Of a DNA stretch of 64,000 nucleotides, positions 25,377 to 38,228 are shown piece by piece. Every line of letters starts with the position of its first letter. Position 1 is the first letter of the stretch. The DNA comes from Haliotis rubra (Eukaryota). Location: contig NW_025766114.1 of the NCBI RefSeq assembly GCF_003918875.1, positions 1,426,001 to 1,490,000 on the forward strand, read 5' to 3'. The translations under genes and the position numbers were made by a program. Below the pieces are notes generated by a model. That model was not told the origin of the DNA and searched no databases. It worked only from the letters and a program-made list of their open reading frames with translations.

Positions 25377-26139
25377 ACTGACAATGAGTGATTCTTGTAA
25401 CCAAACAATGTGAAATAGCACTCATGCTATTGATCACTGGTTTGTCGGACCCCCAGTTAGATACAAATGGGCTGGTATTACATGTCTGGGAAATGTCTGA
25501 CTTGCAAAACATAAACTTTCCAGTAATTGCTGTTTATAGAAAAATCCCTGTATTCATAACTCATTGGATCAATGCCAAAGTTGACAGCTATTTTCATCGA
25601 CACATGACATGCAAATGGGATTCCTGAACAGACGCTGGCAGAAATAAATGGTGTGTTAGCTTTGTTTTTCTAACTTTCATATTTAATTTACACAGTTGCA
25701 TGCACTTTGACAGTCCACTTAGCTGTGAGTTTGTGTTCATGTCAAACAGATATGCTGTTCTTGTTCCTTCGTAATGATAGTGAAACATGCTGAACATTGC
25801 GCTGATGACACTTTTAAATGGCTGCAGCCTGTCATGATCTTCTGTTCCTTGTCATCTGGACATCATCACTCGTAGTTTGAATGATACTGACAAGGTCAAG
25901 TTAGAGAATACAGCATTTCCACATTAGCAAAGCATAAATTCACAATTAGAGGTGCACAATAACTAGCCAACTTTTGTAAGATGTGTTATGTTGATTCAGA
26001 CTGTTTGCACCTTGTTTGTATTGATAAAGCAGTTAAATGAAACATTAAAAACTGTCAATCCATAGATTAGTCTTTATGTGTGTTTATTTATGGGTAGGCG
26101 AATGTACAATTGTGTGGATAGGAGAATCAGTGCGTGGGA

Positions 26140-29100
26140 AGACGAACCTGTAAGTGGATAGATGAACCAGTGAATGGAAGGATGGATGAACCAGGATGTG
26201 GGTGGATGAATGGATCAGGGTGTGGATGGTTGGATTAAGCAGTGAGTGGATGGATGAACCATTGAGTGGGTGGATGAACCAGTGAGTCGGTGGATGATCC
26301 AGCGAATGGATGGAAGAACCAGGTAGTGGATGGATGAACCAGTGAGTGGATGGATGAACCAAACAGTAAGAAAAGTATATGGATGAACCAGGTAGTGGGT
26401 GGATGAACCAGTGAGTGGGTGGATGAACCAGTGAGTGGGTGGATGAACCAGTGAGTGGGTGGATGAACCAGGGAGTGGATGGATGATCCAGTGAGTGGGT
26501 GGGTGGATGAACCAGTGAGTGGGTGGATGGATGAACCAGTGAGTGGGTGGATGGATGAACCAGTGAGTGGGTGGATGGATGAACCAGTGAGTGGGTGGAT
26601 GGATGAACCAGTGAGTGGGTGGATGGATGAACCAGTGAGTAGGGTGGATGGATGAACCAGTGAGTGGGTGGATGAATGAACCAGTGAGTGGGTGGATGGA
26701 TGAACCAGTGAGTGGGTGGATGGATGAACCAGTGAGTGGGTGGATGGATGAACCAGTGAGTGGGTGGATGGATGAACCAGTGAGTGGGTGGATGGATGAA
26801 CCAGTGAGTGGGTGGATGGGTGGATGGATGAAACCAGTGAGTGGGTGGATGAACCAGTGAGTGGATGGATGGATGAACCAGTGAGGTGGATGGATGAACC
26901 AGTGAGTGGGTGGATGGATGAACCAGTGAGTGGGTGGATGGATGAACCAGTGACTGGGTGGATGGATGAACCAGTGACTGGGGGGGTGGATGAACCAGTG
27001 AGTGGGTGGATGAACCAGTGAGTGGGTGGATGGATGAACCAGTGAGTGGGTGGATGGATGAACCAGTGAGTGGGTGGATGAACCAGTGAGTGGGTGGATG
27101 GATGAACCAGTGAGTGAGTGGGTGGATGGATGGATGAACCAGTGAGTGGGTGGATGAACCAGTGAGTGAGTGGGTGGATGGATGAACCAGTGAGTGAGTG
27201 GGTGGATGGATGAACCTGTGAGTGAGGGGGTGGATGGATGAACCAGTGAGTGGGTGGGTGGATGAACCAGTGAGTGAGTGGATGGATGGATGAACCAATG
27301 AGTGGGTGGACTGATGAACCAGTGAGTGGGTGGATGGATCAACCAGTGAGTGAGTAGGTGGATTGATGAACCAGTGAGTGAGTGGGTGGATGGATTAACC
27401 AATGAGTGGATGGATGAACCAGTGAGTGGGTGGATGGATGAACCAGTGAGTGGATGGATGAACCAGTGAGTGGATGGATGAACCAGTGAGTAGATGGATG
27501 AACCAGTGAGTTGATGGATGATCCAGTGAGTTGATGGATGAACCAGTGGGTGGATGGATGAACCAGTGAGTGGATGGATGAACCAGTGAGTGGATGGATG
27601 AACCAATGAGTGGGTGGATGAACCAGGGAGTGGATGGATGATCCAGTGAGTGGGTGGGTGGATGTACCAGTGAGTGGGTGGATGGATGAACCAATGAGTG
27701 GGTGGATGAACCAGTGAGTGGGTGGATGAACCAGTGGGTGGATGGATGAACTAGTGAGTGGATGGATGAACCAATGAGTGGATGGATGAACCAATGAGTG
27801 GATGGATGAACCAATGAGTGGATGGATGAACCAATGAGTGGATGGATGAACCAATGAGTGGATGGATGAACCAGTGGATGGATGGATATGATGAACCAGT
27901 GAGTGGATGGATGAACCAATGAGTGGATGGATGAACCAGAGAGTAGATGGATGAACCAGTGAGTGGATGGATGAACCAGGGAGTGGATGGATGAACGAGT
28001 GAGTGGGTAATTGGATGAACCAGTAAGTGGGTGGATGAACCAGTAAGTGGGTATATGAACCAGTGAGTGGGTGGATGAACCAGGGAGTGGATGGATGAAC
28101 GAGTGAGTGGGTAGTTGGATGATCCAGTAAGTGGGTGGATGAACCAGTGAGTGGGTATATGAACCAGTAAGTGGGTGGATGGATGAACCAGTGAGTGGGT
28201 GGATGAACCAGTAGGTGGATGGATGAACCAGTGGGTGGATGGATGAACCAGTAAGTGGGTGGATGAACTAGTGAGTGGGTGGATGAACCAGTGAGTGGGT
28301 ATATGAACCAGTGAGTGGGTGGATGAACCAGTAAGTGGGTGGATGAACCAGTGAGTGGGTGTATGAACCAGTGAGTGGGTGGATGAACCAGTGAACCAGT
28401 GAGGTGGGTGGATGAAACCAGTGGATGGATGGTAAATGAACCAGTGAGGTGGATGGATGAACCAGTGGTGGGGTGGATGAACCAGTGATGGATGGATGGA
28501 TGAACCAGTAGGTGGATGGATGAACCAGTGGGGTGGATGGATGGATGAACCAGTGGGTGGATGGATGAACCAGTCAGTGGGTGGATGAACTAGTGAGTGG
28601 GTGGATGAACCAGTGAGTGGGTATATGAACCAGTGAGTGGGTGGATGAACCAGTAAGTGGGTGGATGAACCAGTGAGTGGTTATATGAACCAGTGAGTGG
28701 TTGGATGAACCAGTGAGCGGGTATATGAACCAGTAAGTGGCCGGATGAACCAGTTAGTGGGTGGATGAACCAGTGAGTGGGTATATGAACCAGTGAGTGG
28801 GTGGATGAACCAGTGAAAGGATGGATGGATGAACAAGTGGATGGATGGATGAACCAGTAAGTGTGTGGATGAACCAGTGAGTGGGTGGATGAATCGGGGA
28901 ATGGATGGATGAACCAGTAAGTTGGTAGATGAACCAGTGAGTGGGTGGATGAACCAGTGGATGGATGGATGAACAAGTAAGTGGGTGGATGAACCAGTAA
29001 GTGGGTGGATGGATGAACCAGTAAGTGGGTGGATGAACCAGTGAGTGGGTGGATGAACGAGTGAAAGGATGGATGGATGAACAAGTGGATGGATGGATGA

Positions 29101-29760
29101 TCCAGTAAGTGGGTGGATGAACCAGTGAGTGGGTATATGAACCAGTGAGTGGGTATATGAACCAGTAAGTGGGTGGATGGATGAACCAGTTAGTGGGTGG
29201 ATGAACCAGTGGGTGGATGGATGAACCAGTAAGTGGGTGGATGAACCAGTAGATGGATGGATGAACCAGTGGGTGGATGGATGAACCAGTAAGTGGGTGG
29301 ATGGATGAACCAGTGAGTGGGTGGATGAACCAGTAGGTGGATGGATGAACCAGTGGGTGGATGGATGAACCAGTAAGTGGGTGGATGAACCAGTAGATGG
29401 ATGGATGAACCAGTGGGTGGATGGATGAACCAGTAAGTGGGTGGATGGATGAACCAGTGAGTGGGTGGATGAACCAGTAGGTGGAAGGATGAACCAGTGG
29501 GTGGATGGATGAACCAGTAAGTGGATAAACCAGTGAGTGGGTATATGAACCAGTGAGTGGGTGGATGAACCAGTGAAAGGATGGATGGATGAACCAGTGG
29601 ATGGATGGATGAACCAGTAAGTGCCTGGATGAACCAGTGAGTGGGTGGATGAATCGGGGGATGGATGGATGAACCAGTAAGTGGGTAGATGAACCAGTGA
29701 GTGGGTGGATGAACCAGTGGATGGATGGATGAACCAGTAAGTGGGTGGATGAACCAGTAG
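26140..29760. repeat. ~20-bp G-rich satellite built from 4-nt modules
   Basis: Unit GGAT-GAAC-CAGT-GAGT-GGGT, with frequent 4-nt gains and losses. Confidence 0.97.
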
Positions 29761-30494
29761 GAAATGTATGACCCGGACATTATAATAGATATAATGAAGA
29801 AAGAACAAAGAAACTGATGAAAAAGATGCAAGAGAGATTAGCACAAGAAGATTGGTGAAACAGAGGTAAGAAATAATGAATGGAGAATTGACAGGATTGA
29901 GAAAATAAAAGAAATGTAAAAAACAGGAAAGAGACACAGGTTTCTTTAATATGTGAGCGGGTCAAAAAAGAGTTGTTTCACACATGGGCAAAGTGTCACA
30001 GTGGACAGAGAGGTGTCTTATCATGACACAAGTGACAGAATAACACAAGCTGTTGTTTTTCTTAGCAAAAAAACCCAACTAATCCTTATCGTCTTATTGC
30101 CCTCCTGAGTAAAAAGATGTCATGAAAACTGAGACATGTTCAGTCTTACGTCAGGAACACATCTATTATTCACAACAGTGAAGATGGGTGTTCCCAAGCG
30201 TGCAGTGACTATGAAATCAAATGTTAACTAATGTTTTTCTAGGAATTCCCACTAAAGGTTTTATGCTGTGAAATAGACTCGGATACAAGAATCAGAAAGA
30301 ATGATTGGGTTTGTATGTTCAGATGAAATTTCCGTCCAAGGATCTTTAGGCAAAACAACCATTTCCATTACCCCATGTTTGTCAGAAGTGATTTGGAAGG
30401 GAAGTCGTGGTCAAAATGACTGGTTTGTGTTCACTGATGTGGGTTAGAATAAGGGTGTAGTCATGTGCTGATACCATGCATACACTATCAGATG

Positions 30495-33400
30495 GATGGA
30501 TGGTGCGGTGCAGTGCGTTGTGTTGCGTTGCGGTGCGGGTTGTTTTGTATGTTGCGGTGCTGTGCTGTGCGGTTTGTTTATTATGTTACGGTGCTGTACT
30601 GTGCTGTGCGGTTTTGTATGTTGCTGTGCTGTACGGGTTGTTTTGTATGTTGCTGTGCTGTGCTGTGCAGTGCGGGTTGTTTTGTATGTTGCGGTGCAGT
30701 GCTGTGCAGGTTTATTATGTTGCGGTGCTGTGCTGTGCAGGTTGTTTTGTATGTTGCGGTGCTGTGCTGAACTGTGCGGAATGTTTTGTATGTTGCTGTG
30801 CAGGTTGTTTTGTATGTTGCTGTGCTGTGCTGTGTGGGTTTTGTATGTTGCTGTGTGCTGTGCTGGTTTTATGTTTGTGTATGTTGCTGTGCTGTGGGTT
30901 GTTTTGTATGTTGCTGTGCTGTGCGGGTTATTTTTATGTATGTTGTGCTTGTACTGTCATGGTGCGGGTGCGGGTTGTTTAAATGCGATATGTTGCTGTG
31001 CTGTGTGGTTCTGTGCTGTTTTGTATGTTCCGGTGCTGTGCTGAGCTGTTTGGTGTGGTGTGGTGCAGCGGTGTTGGTTGTTTTATATGTTGCAGTGCTG
31101 TATGCGGTGCTGTGCTGTCTGGGTTGTTGTTTTGTATGTTGCGGTGCTGTGTTTGTACTGTGCTGTACTGTACTGTGCTGTGCGCGTGCTGCAGGTTGTT
31201 TTTACTGTGCTAATGGGTTGTTTGTATGTTGTGGTGCAGTGCAGGTTGTTTTGTATGTTGTGGTGCTGTGTTGTACTGTGCTTGCTGTAACTGCGGTCTG
31301 CGGGTTGTTTTGTATGTTCGGTTGCTGTGCTGAGCTGTTTTGTATGTTCGGTGCTGTGTGCTGAGCTGTTTTGCAGTCGCGGTGTCGGTTGTTTTATATG
31401 TTGCAGTGCTGTGCTGCTGTGTGGTGCGGTGTTGTCGCGGATGGTTTTGTATGTTCGCGGTGCTGTTGTTTTTTATGCGCGGTGCAGTGCGGTTTTTGTA
31501 TGTTCACTGTTGCTATGCTGTGCGGGCAGGTTGTTTTGTTTGCTTGCGGTTGCTGCGAGTCGCGGTTTTTTTGTATGTTCGCGATGCTGCTATGCGGTGC
31601 AGGTTGTTTTGTATGCTCGCGGTGCTGTGCGGTGCAGTCGCGGGATTGTTTTGTATGCTGTGGTGCAGTTGTTTCTGTCAGTGCAGGTTGTTTTGTATGC
31701 TGCGCCCTGCAGTGCTGTGCAGGGTTTATTATGTTCGCGGTTGCGCAATGCGGTTGCTGTGCACCGGATTTGTTTTCAGGCCGTTTGATGTTGGGTTGTT
31801 TTGTATGCTGCTTGGTTGCTGTCACGGGTTGTTTTTGTATGCTTTCGCGGTGCTGTCGTGGTTCAGGATGTTGTATTTGTATGCTGGTGCTGTCGCAATG
31901 CAGGTTGTTGTTTTGTATCTCGCGGTGCTGTCGCGGTGCAGGTTGTTTTGTATTATGCTCTGCGGTGCTGTGGCGGTGCAGGTTGTTTTGTATGCTCGCG
32001 GTGCTGTGCGGTCGCGAGTTTTGTATGCTCGCGGTGCTGTCGCGGTGCAGGTTGTTTTGTATGTTGCTTGATTGCTGTCGCAGGTGGGTTGTTTTGTATG
32101 CTGCTTGTGCGGTGTGCGGGTTGTTTTGTATGTTGCGGTGCCAATGTGCGGTGCAGTCGCGGGTTGTTTTGTATGATGCGGTGCTGTGCGGTGCAGTGCG
32201 GGTTGTTTTGTATGTTGTGGTGCTGTGCTGAGCTGTTCTGTGCTGTTTTGTATGTTCTGGTGCTGCGCTGAGCTGTTTGGTGCGGTGTCGGTTGTTTTAT
32301 ATGTTGCAGTGCTGTGCGGGTTGTTTTGTATGTTGCGTTGCTGTGTTGGACTGTGCTGTACTGTACTGTGCGGTGCAGGTTGTTTTGTATGTTGCGTTGC
32401 TGTGCTGTACTGTGCTGTGCGGTGCAGTGCGGGTTGTTTTGTATGTTGTGGTGCTGAGCTGTGCGGGTTGTTTTGTATTTTGCAGTACTGTGCTGTGTGA
32501 TGCGGGTTGTTTCGTATGTTGCAATGCTGTGTTGTGCTGTGCTGTGCTGTGCGGGTTGCTTTGTATGTTGCATTGCTGTGTTGGACTGTGCTGTACTGTA
32601 CTGTGCGGTGCAGGTTGTTTTGTATGTTGCGTTGCTGTGCTGTACTGTGCTGTGCGGGTTGTTTTGTATGTTGCGGTGCTGAGCTGTGCTGGTTGTTTTG
32701 TATTTTGTTTTGTATGTTGCAGCTGTGCAGTGCTGTGCGTGATGCATGTGGGTTGTTTTGTATGTTTCGATGCTGTGTTGTACTGTGCTGTGCTGTGCGG
32801 GTTGTTTTGTATGTTGAGGTGCTGTGCGGTGTGGGTTGTTTTGTATGTTGCAGTGCTGTGCGGTGGGATGCAGGTTGTTTTGTATGTTTCGATGCAGTGT
32901 TGTGCTGTGCTGTGCTGTGCGGGTTGTTTTGTATGTTGCGGTGCTGTGCGGTGTGGTGCTGTGCAGTGCGGGTTGTTTTGTATGTTGCAGTGCAGTGCTG
33001 TTTTGTATGTTTTCGATGCTGTGTTGTGCTGTGCTGTGCGGTCGCGGGTTGTTTTATATGTTGTGGTGCTGTGCTGTGCAGGTTGCGCTGCACGATGCAA
33101 GTTGTTTTGTATGTTCGATGCTGTGTTGCTGCTGTGCTATGCAATGCGGTCGCGGAGTAGTGCTGTGCCAGCGCAGTGCAGCGTTGTTTTGTATGTTGTG
33201 GTGCTGTGCTGTGCAGGTTGTTTTGTATGCTGCTGTGGTGTGGTGTGCTGAGCTGTGCAGGTTGTTTTGTATGTTGTTGTGCTGTACTGTGCTGTGCACA
33301 ATGTTGCTGTGCTGTGGGTTGTTTTTTTGTATGTTGTGGTGCTATGTGCTATGCTGTGCGGTCGCGGGTAGTTTTGTATGTTGTGTGCGTACTTTAATGC

Positions 33401-34030
33401 TGTGGTGGGTTGTGCTGTATGTTGCGGCTGCGCGGTCACGGTTGTTTTTTGTATGTTGTGGTGCTGTAATGCGCTTGCGGTGCTGTGCAGGTTGTTTTGT
33501 ATGTTGTGGTGCTGTGCTGTGCAGGTTGTTTGTTTTGTATGTTGCAGGTTGTTTTGTATGCAGCTGCGGTGTGCTCTGCGTGCAAGTCTTGGGTTGTTTT
33601 GTATGTTGTGCAGGTTGATTTGTATGTTGCTGTGGTGTGCTGTGTGGGTTGTTTTGTATGTTGCGGTGCTGTGCTGTGCAGGTTGTTTTGTATGTTGTGG
33701 TGCTGTGCTGTGCAGGTTGTTTTGTATGTTGCTGTGGTGTGCTGTGCTGTGCTGTGTGGGTTGTTTTGTATGTTGCGGTGCTGTGCGGTGTGGGTTGTTT
33801 TGTATGTTGCGGTGCTGTGCGGTGTGGGTTGTTTTGTATGTTGCGGTGCTGTGCGGTGCGGGTTGATTTGTATGTGGTGGTGCTGAGCTGTGCAGGTTGT
33901 TTTGTATGTTGCTGTGGTGTGCTGTGCTGTGTGGGTTGTTTTGTATGTTGCAGTGCAGTGCTGTGCGGTGCAGGTTGTTTTGTATGTTGCTGTGGTGTGC
34001 TGTGCTGTGCTGTGTGCACTGCGTGTTGTG
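30495..34030. repeat. Complex satellite: GGTTGTTTTGTATGTTGC anchor plus variable (TGTGC/GGTGC)n
   Basis: The anchor recurs every ~25-60 bp, separated by pentamer runs; source of all the Cys-rich ORFs. Confidence 0.95.
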
Positions 34031-35007
34031 TGGTATAGAGTGTGGTTATGACTTCTGGAACTTAACAAGTATGTGTGCATTTGTATGTCTGTACATAAAG
34101 TGAGTTTACATGTCTCTGTGTGTGTTTGTCTTTGGGAGTGTGAGTGTGCGTGTGCGTGTGAGTGTCTCTCTGCTCTCTGTAAATAGATCCATACCCCAAC
34201 TATTCACATGCACCAAGAAAAGCTCAGCCTATTCATGTGAACTACTGATAACTCAATATTTTACTTGTTCCGGTGGTAAACTGTACTTAGCTTGGACCAA
34301 TAATTATTCAATTATTCCCAGCAACTTGTATGGCTGTTGTGTTTAACACAGCTCGACTTTGGGTAGGAACTCTCAGCTATAGACTCTGTGAGTATCAAGG
34401 TCAGAACAGGTTCCTGATGCTTGTTTGCTTCTGTTGCTCAGACTTGAACCATGCCATCAGTGTCTTGGTGGAGTCAGCACATCCTGATGGTGTTGGGTGT
34501 CATGATATTAACCACTGGTTTGTGAGGCTCAGACTATATACATGCCACAGTAATACAGCATCAGTACTGGAGAGGATTCAATACTGGAAAGGACCAAAAC
34601 ATGGAATGGATTTAAAACTGGAATTGATTCAAAACAAGGTTTTTTCCCTTTACACCAAATGGAATTTGTGCCTGAGGATAGTCAAGACTGGGTATTCATA
34701 TGCACTGAAGATCTACATTTAGATAAACGTAAATGTTATGTACAGAATATTTAATACCCAAAAACATGTTAAGATTGTTTTCAAACAGGAATATGCCTTG
34801 AATGATAAACAATGTTAAAAAAGAATAAACAAAATATCTAAGTTGATGACAACCAAGTCAACCAAGTTTAAACAAAGCAAATCTAATCATAAAGCTCCTT
34901 ATTGATTCTGACAGTGACAATTATAAGCACCCAGTATGCATGGACAAACTAATCAACTTATGTGTTACACGTGATCGAGCAGTGAAATGGTGGCAGCGCA
35001 CAGTTAA

Positions 35008-35517
35008 AAGCACAATGTCACACATTTTCGACAATATTTTGGCCTATAATATATATATTGGGGCATATGCTGTCATTTTAGCTTCCTTTTGATGAAATAA
35101 AAGACTTATTATCCCTCACGATTTGATAATTGAAACTTCGAGGTGAACAGCTTCCAAACAAAGCCATATACAGAATGTAAACAATTGCTCCATACATCAA
35201 AAACTGTCGTACACAGTGTTGTCTGTGTTTGCCGAACTTGTTTCAATCACAAGTTGTGTGTAGGATATTTGTAAAGAGCGCTCCAAGGGACATTACTCTA
35301 TGGGGTTCACTTGAAATTATGTTTGGCCAGTAGAGGGCGTGAGAGTTGATTTAATGCAATGTTGCATTAAATCATTCGAACTTTTTTATTTAATATTGTA
35401 ATCTAAATATGTAATTTCTTTTGGAATAAATTATATATGGTAGCTTCCCTTCGGGGTGCTATTATTGAGAGAAATGCATTATTTATATTTAGACAAATGT
35501 GGTGTGATATTGTGCCT
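35008..35517. mobile_element. Kolobok-type non-autonomous DNA transposon (~510 bp)
   Basis: TTAA at 35004-35007 and 35518-35521; 16-bp TIR AAGCACAATGTCACAC / GTGTGATATTGTGCCT (2 mismatches) with purine-purine termini. Confidence 0.7.
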
Positions 35518-36619
35518 TTAAAGTAACATATTACAAAATAAGAACACCAGTGTATTTGCTGGAGATGTTAATTTTTAATCTTTTCTAATTTGCAGAATAC
35601 CATTTTCAGACAAGAAGCCTCTTTCAGTAATACACAGACAATACAAAAACAGAGACACTGTAAATTAGCTGATGCAAACAATCGATCAGCACAACCATTT
35701 ATCAGCTGCCTAATTCCTTCATCCCATTACCACCTCATCAATGTCCAATTAAAACTTTCCAGAGCTCGTATTCTATTCCTGGAATTAAACAATCCCAAAA
35801 ACATTATCTAAAATAATCAAGATACACATCCGACTCCTCCGAATCAACAATAAACAATACTTCATCACCTGCTTTAAATTTATTTCAGTTTAAATGCTCA
35901 AATTTCCCTACATGTTTTGAAAAAATAAAAAAATGTAAATTATCTCGAGCTGCTATCCCCTCGTGGGTTTGCAACATCTCTGACTAATGACTGTCTTGGC
36001 TGTTCACCCCGCCAAGTAGATCCTTGCTTGTCGCGAGTCTACAAATAGTTGCGAGTGCTGGCTACGTAACATTGTAACATCGGAAGCAAGGAGAGATATA
36101 ATGATAAGTCAATATTGTTTCGCCCTGGAAGCAACTCTTCCTGTGTCACCTCCAATACTGAGTGCTCATGGAATGGAAGTATATAAATTGGACAGGCCAA
36201 CAGGGACATGCTCTCAAACTGCCTTGTCCACAGATCGCTGGCTTCCTTGGGTCGTGTTTCTCGTTTTGGGAATAGAATTGCAATATTTGTTTTGATGACA
36301 ATTGAGTAATGCGAGTGTCCGTCAGTGGGAGGGAGAGGCTGGAATATTTGCTTCTCATGCTGCCAGTGTGCACTGGTTCTGATCGTCACATTATTCAACA
36401 AGGCATGTAATTTGAATGTTTGAGTTATAAAGGATACTTAGAAGGGCATGTGTGTTTAGTTTGGTAGTTTCGACTGACGAGATAGAAGATCTTGAGAAGG
36501 ATGTCCTCTTCGCTTAGTATTTTCTTCCTTATGACAATTTGAGAACATAAGCGAGTAAAGAGTTGGGTGGGTGAGTGGGACTGGTTGAGTGATTGAATAA
36601 ATGAGTTACTGGTTGACAT

Positions 36620-36790
36620 AGTGCTTGAGTGAGTGAGTGATTGAGTGAATGAATGTTAAAGTAATGTTGAAGTGAGAGAGTATGCAAGTGAGTGAGTGAG
36701 TGAGTGAGTGTTTTAGTAAGTGGATATTTGAGTGAGTGAGTGAGTGAGTGAGTGAGTGAGTGAGTGAGTGCATGAGTGAGTGAGTCAGCG
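36620..36790. repeat. (GAGT)n microsatellite region
   Basis: Long GAGT runs; similar tracts at ~39180-39345 and ~57640-57725. Confidence 0.9.
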
Positions 36791-36902
36791 AGCATTTTAG
36801 TAAGTGGATATTTGACTGGGTTGAGTGTGACTGGTTAAATGAGTTGCTGATCAGGTTTACAGCAGAATATATCCAATTACATGTACTTCATAAGTAAACA
36901 TA

Positions 36903-37075
36903 GTGAGTGAGTGAGTGAATTTAGCTGTGTGCTGCTTTTAGCAATACTCCAGCAACATCCCGCAGGGGACACTAGAAATGGACATCACACACTGTACCCA
37001 TATGAGAAATTCAAACCCAAGTCTTCAGTGCAATGAGCGAACACTTTAACGACAACACTATTAGTAACCACCGTC
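36903..37075 (-). mobile_element. SINE family A, diverged
   Basis: GCTTTTAGCAATACTCCAGCAAC...GAGCGAACACTTTAAC. Confidence 0.85.
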
Positions 37076-37484
37076 CTGAGTAGCATAATGTAAGGGAACA
37101 ATTATCACATTTATTGCCAACTGATGAAGCCAAGCCAAACACTTGAAGCTAACTTAACATAACAGTCATTCTCCTGCCTACCAAATTTCACTTATTGGAT
37201 GCTGTGGTTTGGAAGAAAATACAGTTAGAACGTGCAAATGGAGCCTCACGGTCGATATATCAATGAGAGGATTGCCCATTTGGCTGATTTCAGGGGAAGA
37301 CTTTCACACTCATTTAAAGCTGCACCAAAAGTTTACAGGAATCTTCGGAAGTTTTCACTGGTCCTAGTTTGACTAGTCAGTGATAGCAGGGGAGTACATG
37401 TAGTTATGAAAGTGTGACGATTATAGGTGAGTGTAGATGTGGGATGGTGAGGGAAGATGATTGTGGGTGAGAATAGATTGTATA

Positions 37485-37700
37485 GATCGAACCCATACCC
37501 TCAGAGTCAGGCACCTAATCGCCAGCACACAAAGTCAGCTGCCTAACCCGCTCAGCCACCGCGAGCCTGACTCTGAGGGTGTGGGTTCGAATCCCGGATG
37601 GGACTCAACCCAAGAAAAGTACTAGAATCTGTACTTTACTAAGAAATGGTAATCTCAAATATAACGTAATGTTACATTTGACTACTTTCTAAATGGCACT
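37485..37700. mobile_element. SINE family D copy with an inverted 5' head
   Basis: 37485-37566 is the head on the minus strand; 37565-37700 continues on the plus strand; 26-bp inverted duplication (37487-37512 vs 37565-37590). Confidence 0.85.
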
Positions 37701-37707
37701 GTGTAAT

Positions 37708-38228
37708 CACAGATGATTGTAGGTGAGAATAGATGATTGTAGGTAAGAACAGATGATTGTAGGTGAGAATAAATGATTGTAGGTGAGAACAGATGATTGT
37801 AGGTGAGAATAGATGATGGTAGGTGAGAACAGATGATTGTAGGTGAGAGAGAACAGATGATTGTAGGTGAGAACATATGATCGTAGGTGAGAACAGATGA
37901 TTGTAGGTGAGAATAGATGATTTAGGTGAGAATAGATGATTGAAGGTGAGAGCAGATGACTGTAGGTGAGAACAGATGATTGTAGGTGAGAGCAGATGAT
38001 TGTAGGTGAGAACAGATGATTGTATGTGAGAATAGATTACTCCAGGTGAAAACAGATGATTGTAGGTGAGAATAGATGATTGTAGGTGAGAATAGATGAT
38101 TGTAGGTGAGAACAGATGACTGTAGGTGAGAACAGATGATTGTAGGTGAGAACAGATGATTGTAGGTGAGAATAGATTACTGTAGGTGAAAACAGATGAT
38201 TGTAGGTGAGAACAGATGATTGTAGGTG
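37708..38228. repeat. 20-bp satellite (~26 units)
   Basis: Unit AGATGATTGTAGGTGAGAA(C/T); degenerate units also at ~37415-37480. Confidence 0.96.

Noticed and set aside
26084-29937. Long His/Pro/Trp-rich ORFs (up to 463 aa)
   Set aside because: They are translations of the 20-bp satellite, open in several frames because the unit lacks stops.
30465-34103. Cys-rich, keratin-associated or metallothionein-looking ORFs
   Set aside because: They overlap in many frames on both strands and come from TGTGC pentamers; indels are not codon-sized.
35570-35811. Strong-looking splice acceptor (TTTTCTAATTTGCAG) followed by a 73-aa ORF
   Set aside because: No recognisable protein or convincing donor; the sequence may be another decayed retroelement piece.
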